Of a DNA stretch of 64,000 bases, positions 1 to 10,659 are shown piece after piece. Position 1 is the stretch's first letter. The number at the start of each line of letters is the position of its first letter. Origin of the DNA: Octopus bimaculoides. Taxonomy: Eukaryota. The stretch spans positions 32,891,910 through 32,955,909 of the forward strand of contig NC_068999.1 in the NCBI RefSeq assembly GCF_001194135.2, written 5' to 3'. The notes below the pieces were generated by a model. That model was not told where the DNA came from. It saw only the letters and a program-made list of their open reading frames with translations, and searched no databases. The translations under genes and the position numbers were made by a program.

Positions 1-1393
1 CTCAAGTTTGTATTGATACCATTTTTCAGTGGTTGGAAACCCATATTTCTTGTATAAAGACCAGTGGGAGTACAAACACACTATCGTGATGCCTTTTATA
101 CCCTCTCTGCGCAAGCATGTCTCAGGCACCCATGATGTGTGTTAAACTTTATACCTTCTTCCCACATAACCTACACTTATTTGTTTCATCTGAGTATGAC
201 ATATTCCTTATTGAGTTTGTGTTTGGTGCTTGATCCTAAGCAGCCACCAACAAACTTTCTGTCTCTCTCGTAAGATCATCTTTTGTCAATCAATTCCATG
301 AATATTCTCCTTTTACTTTGTTTGTCTTTAGAATTGAACATGTAATTCCATACCCTCCTTCATGTTCAGTTTCTCAGCCAACAGCCTCTGTTTGTAATTT
401 TCTTTACTTTCAATAGTTTCAGTGCATAAGCCTCTGCTTTTAGCAAAAGACTATTATTATTATTGGCAATGATATTGCATATTAACTAAGCAGTTCTGTA
501 TGTGGAAATCAGTTTATTAATTTTAACATTATTTCTGTTCTAAGAACTGATATAATCTTATAATTATTTCCATAATTGGTAGTACTCTCAATATTAATGG
601 TACTTATCAAGTATACTTGTAGTTATATCACCCCAATATTATTCTACTGCAACACTTAAATATGTTTATTTAATTAATGGTAAATTTTGTTAATGTAGAT
701 TATCAGGTATCTAGTTAGAAATATTGATGTAATTTGTTAATATTCTCTTCTTGCTATCTCATTAGTCTTTTTTAATTAAATATTATGATTGTTTACATTA
801 ACTATGTTCACTCCTTGACTGCTGATTTATGAAGCAGATGCATCTCTGAGTAGTTATTCACTCCTACACAAGTTATGATTACCTACTTGGTAATTTCCCT
901 CATAGTTTCAGTAAGAACAGTGAAACAGAGGAGGTTTAAGAAGATTGAAGCATATCTAGAGTTGTCTCCCATATTTGCTAAACAGTTAAATATTAGATAT
1001 TGAATCAAAAAATTCATTTCTTCTGTCTGTAATCAGTATTTATAATTAGAAAATTGATGCTCAGCATTAAATATGTTCACCCCCAACTTAACTCTGGATT
1101 TTCATACTGATGGCACCTCTGAGTAATTTATCTCAGTAATCCGTAATTATAATATGTTTGACATTTTCGTATTATATTACTAATAATTAACATGATAAAC
1201 TGTTTCAATTAAATTTCAATGTAACCAATCTTTTATGATGGAATCTAGTAAAATGTATTTAAAACTTTATATACTGGGGTGTATCATATAGTTTAGTGGT
1301 GGTGGTGGTGTGTGTGTGTATGTGTGCGCGCATGTGTATTGACCAACTGGTGTGTTTGTGTGTGTGTGTGTATATATATATGTATATATATAT

Positions 1394-1504
1394 AAAATAT
1401 GGAAAGCTGGTTTATGGGATTACCTTAGGTTTCCCATCCATAAAGGGTTTAGCTTTATGGATGGGAAACCTAAGGTAATCCCGTAAACTGGCCTTCCCCA
1501 TTTT
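1394..1504. repeat. Inverted repeat/hairpin with a perfect 30-bp core (1416-1445 / 1453-1482) and 7-nt loop
   Basis: Base-by-base pairing read directly; extends outward with G-T pairs. Confidence 0.9.
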
Positions 1505-1571
1505 CAATATATACTGCTCTACATCTTAGAGTGTGCTTCTTCTTTCGGATTTATGTTTTTCACAAACTATA

Positions 1572-1608
<37 letters not shown>

Positions 1609-1782
1609 GTCATCATCATCGTCTAACGTCCGTTGTCCATGCTGGCTTGGCTTGAACGGTTTGACTGCCAGTTGCATGACACTGGGATGTGTTTACGTGC
1701 CACTGGCATGGGCGCCAATTTGCGTGACACCAGTATCTAACATGACTGCAATTTTGCTCAGCTTGATAGATCATGATGTTGG

Positions 1783-2065
1783 CGTTGATTAAGTGGTGTA
1801 TATATTAGTATTGACCAAATAGTGTTTTATGCTATTGTGGACCAGCTATTGAATACATTATGTTGCTGTTGACCAGCTGGTAAATGTTATGCTGGTATTG
1901 ACCAAGCAGTATATATATATTATGTTGATGTTGACCAAGTAGTGTATATATTATATTCATATTGACTAACTAGTATATATATCTTATTTATTTTGAGCAA
2001 CAGTTGTATATACTGTCCATTCTGACTATCCAGCATATATATTATGGTGGTGCTGAACTGCTATT
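1783..2065. repeat. Degenerate ~30-bp minisatellite (TTGACCAAGTAGTGTATATATTATGTTGATG-like), about 10 units
   Basis: Recurrent TTGACC/TTGACT/TTGAGC heads at ~30-nt spacing. Confidence 0.75.
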
Positions 2066-2250
2066 ATATATATATATAATATAATATTACACATCTTCTA
2101 GTGTTGACTCTACTCTTTTCTATTAAATTCTTCCCATTATACACTTCTAAATGCATTACAGATGTATAAGAATAATTGATTTACCTCTATTTTTCTCCAA
2201 ATTCTTCATGAACATTTAAAATCTGACACTTGTATCTCTGTTCTTTTCAG

Positions 2251-2387
2251 GTTTGGGCTTTAGCATTGCTGGAGGTGTGGGCAATGAACACATTCCAAAT
2301 GACCACGGTATATTTGTAACCAAAATCATAGATGGTGGGGCTGCTGAACAAGATGGCCGTCTGCAAGTTGGTGACCGTTTGCTGTCG
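2251..2387 (+). CDS. dlg1: Discs-large (MAGUK) coding exon, most of PDZ2 (G|[45 protein letters not shown])
   Basis: Peptide matches Dlg-family PDZ2 ([16 protein letters not shown]). Acceptor ttcttttcag|2251 and donor tcg|GTTAGT at 2388. Phase 1 in, phase 0 out. Confidence 0.95.
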
Positions 2388-3367
2388 GTTAGTATTCGTT
2401 CACCTGTAATCTTTGAACCTTTCTTCTTTGGTTCCGTAGGTTGGTGATAGAATTCAGTAATGAATCCAGTATGTTTTATGCTTGTCAGTTGACACTTGTC
2501 GGTGTGTAGGACTACTGATAGTGCTCAATGTATCACATATAGCTGTTGAGTTGACAGTATTTGTCAATAACCAACAGGTTGATAGTTGTTAGTCTGAGTT
2601 AGTAAATGTTGTCACCTTCCAGCTAATAACTGACAGATGTCACTTACTGACATGTTGACAGTATATAATGACAGTCTGGTCTGGGACAGTGACAGTGACA
2701 TTGACTTGTCAGTAATTAAACCTCAATAGTAAAGTTGATAGGTGTCAGTTAATGAATGACTGGCTCGCATCTGTCAATAGCAGCTAAGTGATGTTATCTA
2801 CTGCAGTCATCAAGTTTTAATAGATCAGCACACCTTGAGGAGTGATGACATCCATATTGCTTCATGAAAGTCTTATTTTCAACTAAAAAAATAAACACTT
2901 CATCTATATGCATGCACACACACATCTTTTTTTAGTTTTTTCATTTTTGATGGTCCGTTAGAAAAAGTAGGTGTGTGTGTGTGTGGACCCTTAGTTCTCT
3001 TTAAAAAAAAATTCTCCTGTCTTCAAAATGGTTATGGATTCCACATATAGCATTATGTTGTTCATGCAAGGCAGCAGAGAAATATATTGGGTTGGTCAGA
3101 CCTGAAGCAATATCTATATCGACAAACATCTTCTAATTCTGTAGTTGTTCCATGTTTCTTTGTCTGTAAACATTTAGTTTTAATATTGTGTATTGTTCCC
3201 TACTGACTACATGCAATACATGATGTTATTAAAAGAGGTGTACAGTAGACACAGATTATATATATTTCTGCTAAGTTGCATGTTGTAATGTCAGAAATTC
3301 ACTTTTAATTAAACTCCTCGTTGACTTTTGGACTTACTTGAGGTTTTTGGTGTTTACTTTTTTAAAG

Positions 3368-3512
3368 GTGAACTATGAGGATTTGGATAATGTGACACAT
3401 GAAGAAGCAGTTGCAGCTCTCAAGGCGACATCAGATGTAGTGAAGTTAGTTGTGGCCAAATCCTCTTACATACACGATTCTGTACCTCTTGATGCTCCTT
3501 CGCCAAGCCAAA
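3368..3512 (+). CDS. dlg1: Discs-large coding exon, end of PDZ2 plus linker (VNYEDLDNVTHEEAVAALKATSDVVKLVVAKSSYIHDSVPLDAPSPSQ)
   Basis: VTHEEAVAALK..VxLxVAK is the Dlg PDZ2 C-terminal motif. Acceptor tttttaaag|3368 and donor aa|GTAAGA at 3513. Phase 0 start matches the previous exon; ends in phase 1. Confidence 0.95.
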
Positions 3513-3677
3513 GTAAGATTTGTTCGTTTCTTTAACATTTTACTTTTCTGTTGTTCAGATGGATTATGACAGTAGTGGTGGTCATAGTGATTGTATTTGT
3601 CGGTCAGTTCTTTGATCTGTGACAGTTTTTTTTATAGTCAGTTATTTGTTGTTGTTGCTGTTAATATTATTATTATT

Positions 3678-4475
3678 AAGGCAGCAAGCTGGCAGAATCA
3701 TTAGCATGTTGGGCAAAATGCTTAGCAGTATTTTGTCTTCACATTCTGAGCTCAGTATTCACTGAGGTTGACTTTGCCTTTCGTCCTTTTGGGGTTGATA
3801 AATTAAGTACCAGTTGATCAACTGTCCCCCTCCCTACAAAATTCAGGCTGTGTGCCTACAGTAGAAAGGTTTATTATTATTATCAAGGCATGAGCTGACA
3901 GAATTGTTAGCATGCTGGACCAAATGCTTAGTAGCACTTTGTACATCTTTACATTCTGAGCTCAAACTCTGCTGAGGTTGGCTTTGTTTTTCATCCTTTC
4001 AGGGTCGATGTAATCAACTTATCTCTTTCCTCCAGACTTGCTGGCTTTGTGCCAAAATTTGAAGTCATTCTCATTATTATTAAGGTGGAAAGCTGGCACA
4101 ATCATTAGCAAGTCAGACAAAATGCTTGTTAGCATTGCTTTCACTTCTGTACATTCTAAGCTCAGATTTTGTCAGGGTCAACTTTACCTTTCATCTTTTC
4201 AGGGTTGATAAAATAAGTACTAGTTAAGCTTTGGGGTTGATGTAATCACTTAGCCCACTCCCCACAAAATTGCAGGCTTTGTACCTATAGCAGAAAGGAT
4301 TATTATTAAGGTGGCAAACTAGCAGAATCATTAGCCTGTCTGACAAAATGCTTAGTGGCATTTATTCTGGCTTTTTACGTTTTAAGCTGAAATCTTGCTA
4401 AAGTAATATTTGCTTTTTGTCCTTTTGGGTCAATAAAATAAAGTACCAGTGAAGTACTGGGATTGATGTTATCGA
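3678..4475 (+). mobile_element. Head-to-tail train of about 4 tRNA-derived SINE copies (family A: ggcagcaagctggcagaatcattagca...ctgagttcaaat...gactttgcctttcatcctt...aagtaccag)
   Basis: Same ~200-bp unit repeated, joined by (ATT)n tails; many further copies in the window. Confidence 0.85.
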
Positions 4476-4759
4476 AATCACAAGAATGCTGACAGGAGTA
4501 CTGTAAACCATGAAACATTTTGCAGTTTTATAGTATCCACACTAATGTAACATAACTAGTAAATACTGTATTTGATGGCTTATGACACATACTTTTTCCA
4601 TCCAAAAATGACTTTAAAAATCACCCCAGGCCCAAAATGATAAATTGGACCACCCATAAGTTTTAATGCACTGAAAACCTTTTCCCTGAATATGCACTAC
4701 TGAAACTGGAGTGCATGAAATATGCTTGTGCATCATCCGTGCCATAAAAAAAGAAACTG

Positions 4760-5058
4760 GCACTTGATTGTGATGATGCGGTTTCCAGTTGATCCAATCA
4801 ACAGAACAGCCTGCTCATGGAATTAGTGTGCAGGTGGCTGAGCACTCTACAGACACATGTACCTTTAACATAGTTCTCAGGGAGATTCAGCATGAATGTG
4901 ATAAGGCTGGCCCTTTGAAATAGAGGTACTACTCATTATTGCTAGTTGCGTGGACTGGAGCAACATGAAGTAAAGTGACTTATTCAAGGACACAATGCAC
5001 TGCTGGTAATCAAACTCACAACCTTCCAATTATGAGCTGAATACCCTAACCACTAAAC
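4760..5058 (-). mobile_element. tRNA-derived SINE, second family
   Basis: Reverse complement begins ggtttagtggttagggtattcagc (A-box-like), the same head as the copy at 19685. Confidence 0.65.
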
Positions 5059-6437
5059 CTCCACTGCCTATACCGTACACTATGCAGCTGTGATTATATC
5101 TGGGCTATGATTGTAAGGCTTTTGATCTATAACAGTAAGGACTAAACTACAACTATACAAGTGATCTACATTACATTGTGCCACCTACTTAAGATGAGCT
5201 GGGCCTTTGAGAGATTAGTATTATGCACAGTCAGTGAGATGTCCTTCAGCAACAAACCTCCGGTCACTTATCTGGAACGCCAAATACTTATCTGCTGTAT
5301 GTAGCATTTTGTCTTATTTACTCAGCAGTTAATTGGGGAAGGTATTGGAGCGTTGGACAAAATCCCTTGCAGTAAATCCCACAAAAATCAACTTTCTTGT
5401 GTGAGTGCAGTACCAGTTAAGTACTGGGTTCATACAATCTATCGAGCTATCTCCCACCAATATTTCTTTTTTTATAATTTTTTTTTTTTTTTGCTTGTTT
5501 CAGTCATTGGACTGCAGCCATGCTGGGGTGCCACCTCAAAGGAAGGTTTAGTTGAACATATTGACCCCAGTAATTATATCATTATTTAAACCTGTTACTT
5601 ATTCTATCAGCCATTTTGATGAACCACTAAGTTACATAAACAAACCAACACTTAAGCAGTGATGGAAGAGGACAAGTACAACCTACACACTCATATTTGA
5701 GTGGACAAACAAAAGAAAAGTGCACTCAACATATTTATTAGGAATTACATGAATTACTTAAAACAGTTTGATTTGGCTCCATGAGAGTTGACGTTTCGCA
5801 GGTCTCTAACAGAAGCTCATCTCTTATAGGCTTAGATTACCAAATCAACTGTTTTAAATAACACACACACACACACACATGCAATGAGTTTCTGTTTCCA
5901 TCCACCAAATCCATTCACAATGGGTTGGCTGGCCTGGGTCTATAGCAGAAAACACTTGTCCAAGGTGGCTATGTCATGGGACTGAAGCCAAGACCACATG
6001 GTTGGAATGCAAACTTCTCAGCCACATAGCCAAGTCTTCAACTAATTATAATAATTATGTAAGGGATTAGCAGAGGGCTAGAGTGGTTGGGGTGGGGAAC
6101 TTTATGATCAACTTCATTTTGCAGACAACTTTAACTTCCATCCTTTGGACGTCACAAAAATGAGTACTAGTCAAATACTGGGGATCAGTGTCAGCGAGTA
6201 ACCCCTTCCTTTAGGGTTGCTGATCTTGTAACTAAATTAGATATAGTTATATTTGATGTCGGGAAGTAAAAGTGATTAGGAAAACCAAAAATGAAACTAC
6301 AGTTAAACTTAGAAGGAGGTAATTTGGAAGGAATTGACACTATTTGAAATCGTTACTAATGAATTATTTTTCATAGTATTTTAAGAACACAATTTACTAA
6401 GTGGAGGAAATTATGTTAGAAATGTATTTTAACAGAA

Positions 6438-6670
6438 ACTGGCCTTGTGGTCACGGTGTTCCTATCACGCTCGCGAGATCATAGGTTTGATTCCCGGGAA
6501 GGGCAATGTGTTGTGTTCATTGCACTGCGATCACATCGACATTTAACGTCCAGCACACTGCACCTGTACGGGCAATATCAGTTTGGTAGATTGAGCTAAT
6601 ATTCAGCACAAACATTCGATTGTTATAAACAAATCAGCTGTGCAGGTCGTTCAGCAAGAAAATTACATTC
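6438..6670 (+). mobile_element. tRNA-derived SINE-like element with retained CpGs
   Basis: A-box-like TGGCCTTGTGGT and B-box-like GGTTTGATTCCC. Confidence 0.55.
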
Positions 6671-7270
6671 TCGGACTTGAGAGATTATAAACGGGAAGAA
6701 AATTCAAGGGAAGTAACTCTAACATGATTTATTTCCCTTTCTTCGTTGGTGAAAGAAAAATTAACCAATTCATTTTTTTTTTTTTCTTCCGTCATTTTGG
6801 CGAAAATGAATATATATTTTCTTTATCTTAAGCTTAGGTTTCTTTTTTTTCTTTTACTATTTATGTTAACTATCCGAATTCAAGGTAAGAAATTGCGGTT
6901 TAAAATATGTATGATATCTTTCGTTTTTACTTTCAAATACTTTCAACTGTGCTTTATAAAAACATTACAAAAAAAAAAAAACAAACTAATCTTTCTTTTC
7001 TTTGGTCGCATATAATGTGTGTGTGTAACATGACACTTAGGCATACACCGTATGTAAAAACGCTATTGTGTCTTTGTGAGTATATGCATGCCCTACCACT
7101 CTGGTGGTGCATTGAACAGCACTAACCCCTCATTGTTCAATGGTGCCTCCTCAGATTTACTCCACTTTAGCATTATTACAAATAAGTGTCCTCCCAGAAT
7201 ATTCTGAAGCAAACCCCGCCCCCGGCACCAAAGTCTGACGGTGGGCCTGTGATTATTCCACCTTTTCTAG

Positions 7271-7288
7271 GTCCTTCCCAACAAACAG
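7271..7288 (+). CDS. dlg1: Candidate 18-nt in-frame microexon of dlg (adds S-P-S-Q-Q-T-V in place of M)
   Basis: Acceptor ttccaccttttctAG|, donor CAG|GTGAGC, branch-like CTGAC at 7235-7239. Phase 1/1 with no stop, between phase-1 neighbours. Confidence 0.7.
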
Positions 7289-7541
7289 GTGAGCAATTGT
7301 ACTCACTGTAAGGGTTACTGCCACTTGAAGCACTGCTTTAGTTTGGAAAAGAAATGGTCAGTATCTTAAACCATCTTAGTACAGGTTTGCTATTACATAG
7401 TTTCAGCTGGTCAAGCCTGTTTGTCCCATTTCGCCCCTATCTTCACAGAACTTTTAATGAATGTTTTCCTAGAAATACCTGTATGTACATGTTTTCACAT
7501 GCACACACACACACTCTCTCTCTCTCTCTCTCTCTCTCTCA

Positions 7542-7579
<38 letters not shown>

Positions 7580-7628
7580 TAGGCATTTTCTCTACACATG
7601 TACCAGATATGTGTATATGTGTGTATAG

Positions 7629-8012
7629 CTGCAGGTGTGGCAGTGTGGTTAGAAGCTTGCTTCCCAACCACATAGTTTGGGGTTTAGTCTGTATGGTACC
7701 TTGGGCAAGTGTCTTCTGCTAAAGCCTTGTGATTTGATAGACAGAAACTCAAAGAAGCTTGTATATATTTGTGTGTATATCATCATCATTATCGTGTGTG
7801 TGTGCATATATATATGTGTGTGTGTGTGTTTGTGTCATCACCAACCACCACTTGACAACCAGTGCCTGGTGTGTTTACATCCCTGTAACTTAGTGGTTCA
7901 GTGAAAAAGAGTGATAGAATAAGTACTGGTGTCGATGCATTCGACTAAAAATTCTTCAAGGCAGTGCTCCAGCATGGTCGCAGTCTAATAACTGAAACAA
8001 AAAATAAAAGAT
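7629..8012 (+). mobile_element. tRNA-derived SINE family B (gtgtggttagaagcttgcttcccaaccac...ccttgggcaagtgtctt...gactgaaacaa)
   Basis: Near-identical layout at 49011-49400; partial copies at 27295-27460 and 48315-48460, and minus-strand at 5505-5665, 5880-6032 and 52140-52405. Confidence 0.85.
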
Positions 8013-8239
8013 AGGTTAAAAGTAATTACTCCTGTTGTAAATATGTTAAGTGTGACCACAGCGTCTTTGTTTACATTCACTGTATCGTGTATACCCTTCT
8101 GTGTACTTCAACAAATGATTGTGTGTGAGAGAGAGAAAGATAGCTAAGAGTGATCAAACAAAAATTTCTATTTATATGCTAAGACTGTGTGTGTCTTTCT
8201 GTGTTTTTGCTAAGATTGTGTGTGTCTTTGTTGTTTCAG

Positions 8240-8366
8240 TGAGATCAGAAGATGTACAAGACACCTCAATTACTGCAGCAACCACCACCACCACGACCCT
8301 TCCCCACAATACCTCGACATTCCAACGACCAACTACTCCACGTCCACTGACAGATCCTGATTCTCC
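8240..8366 (+). CDS. dlg1: Discs-large linker exon before PDZ3 (RSEDVQDTSITAATTTTTTLPHNTSTFQRPTTPRPLTDPDSP)
   Basis: Acceptor ttgtttcag|8240 and donor cc|GTAAGT at 8367. Phase-1 start keeps the reading frame; low-complexity T/P/S linker as expected between PDZ2 and PDZ3. Ends in phase 2. Confidence 0.8.
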
Positions 8367-8419
8367 GTAAGTTCACTTTTTAACTCATTTCAATTTGTTG
8401 TTGTTGTTGTCCACTGGAC

Positions 8420-8860
8420 TGTGTAAGGGTGGAGTGGGAGGAGAGTGTGTGTGTCCTGGACACAAATGAAGGAACTGGGCCAGGTGGAATACATTGTGGA
8501 CACTGGTGAAGGAAGATGAGGAAGGAGAGTTTGTCCTGGGTTGGTGGGCAGAGGGGGATGGTTTGACCTGAACATTGGAGGAGGAGGGTGAAATGGGGGA
8601 AGTATGTCCTGGACACTGGTAGAGGAGGATGGTGAGATGAGGGAGTGTGTCCAGGATGCTGGGGAGGAGGGTGTATACTGGATATTGGTTTTTGATGGGA
8701 ATGTACTGGACAATGAGAAAGGGTGGAATGGGTACTTGGATGCACAAGGAGTTGGGGAGTTTGTTCTGGCAAAGGAAAGTGAGTGGGGTTCAACATGTGA
8801 TGGTTGTGTTGGACACTGGTTTGGTATGTTCCATAATTCCAAAGGGAGGTTTCATACTGG
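8420..8860 (+). repeat. G/purine-rich degenerate array with core TGTCCTGGACACTGG
   Basis: About 11 variant cores at 26-43 nt spacing (8452, 8495, 8532, 8564, 8605, 8648, 8674, 8702, ~8732, 8762, 8805). Confidence 0.7.
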
Positions 8861-10659
8861 GCCATTGTAGTTGATGTTGAAATGGTCACTTTGATACAGA
8901 CAATAGTGTTTTTAATATAGCAGTTTGTGTGTTGGATGTAGTCTGTGATTATGTAAAGAACTGGCATCTGAAAGATAAATTAGTTTACACAGTGTTCTCT
9001 TTCCTCTCCATGTATGATGTTCTGTGTTTATATTTAAAACTTTCCATGTAGAAGTATGACACACTGACATACACCCACATGTATTCACACACACTCATGT
9101 ATTCATATGCCTATGAATTAATGTAATCCAAATTTGTTTTTTATATAGTTTATTATTTTCTTCAACGATTTCTGTGTCCAGGACTATTTTGATGAACGAA
9201 GGGGAAAAATAGTTCTTGCCTTGCAGTAAACAACCTATGCACATGAAATTGGGGAAACTGTGATAAAAACCTATTCTCTTCCTTATGGATAATTTCTTTT
9301 CAGACTACGTTTCCCCATTTACAAAACAATCTCCTTTAAATTAATAGAATCCAAATTACCAATATTTCAAAAAAAAAAAAGAAAAAAAGATTATTTACTG
9401 TTTTCTCTCACTCTCTCCCCATCTCTCTTCACATACTTACAGACAGAGAGGTTTGCTGACACAGACAGGAAAATAGAACCCAAAAATATGTGTGTTTGTG
9501 TGTGTGTGTATCATCATCATCATCCTTTAACATTCATTTTCCATGTTGGCATGGGTTGGACAGTTTGACCAGAGCTAGCAAATTGGAGAACTGCAGCAAG
9601 TTTTAGTCTGATTTGGCCTGGTTTCTACAGCTGGATGCCCTTCCTAGCACCAACAACAGTGTGTGCTGGATGCTTTTTATGTAGCATGGACATACAGTAT
9701 CCATCCAGAAAATTTCACTCTCAGTTCAAGGTTTATAGTAGAAGAGACTTGTCCAAGGTACTATACTGTGGGATTAAGTCCAAAATATTTGGTTGCAGAG
9801 TAAGCGACCTAACTACATAACCATGACTACACATGTGACAAAGTTGGCTTCAGCATGACTTGAACTCAGAACACAGAGAGCCTGAACAAATTCTACAAGT
9901 CATTCTATCCAATAGTTTGATGACTCTGCTAATTCACTATCCAAAAATACTAAGGTCTTATTAACATTTGAACCCAAATCTCCAGATTCAAAGTTCTTAC
10001 CTTATTCTTTAGCAACAACCAGTTCTTATGATTATTTGCTTGCAATAATGTTGTTAAAACAAGGAATTCTTAGAGCTCAGCAAATCTTGCAAATTCTTTA
10101 TTTTCTCCCCATGAAAGCATAACATTTGAGGTGTTCAGGATTGTTAACAAGTGTTATTTCTCTATCCCCTCATTTCTAATCACCTCATACCTCAAGGTGT
10201 CACCTGAGCCCATCATCACTATTTATCTCTTTGGAACTCCCCTACAACAAAAACTTACTCAGCCCCATACCCTTGCTTCATACCCTAACTCTCATCTGCT
10301 AGCATAAAGCCCTTCCCCTCAGGTTTCATAAGCTGCATAGCAACCTGACTAGTGCTGGTAGCATGAGAAAAGCATCCAGAACACAGTAAATTGGTTGGCA
10401 TTACGAAGGATATTCAGCTGTAGGAACCATGCCAAAGCAAATACTGGAGCATGATGCAGTTCTTGGACACATCAGATCCTGTCAACCCATCTAATCCATG
10501 CCAGCATGAAACATGGACGTTAAATGATGATGATGACACACACACACACACACACATACATATGTGAATGTATAAGCTGTGGTATGGGGAAGAAAAGCGT
10601 AATTCACTTATCTCATGGGTCCTCTTAAATGTCAATTCTTTCCAGCTGAGATATATCCA

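Noticed and set aside
6438-6500. Possible tRNA gene
   Set aside because: Only A/B-box-like remnants without a cloverleaf, continuing into a SINE body.
8420-8860. CRISPR-like repeat-spacer appearance
   Set aside because: Eukaryotic intron; repeats too degenerate and short, spacers compositionally biased, no cas genes.
8380-8967. Overlapping 120-195 aa P/H/S-rich minus-strand ORFs
   Set aside because: Explained by the C-rich complement of the G-rich array; low complexity with no recognisable family.
9182-9230. Possible exon after tgtgtccAG (DYFDERRGKIVL...)
   Set aside because: Stop codon in the required phase 2 and also in phase 0; no good donor.
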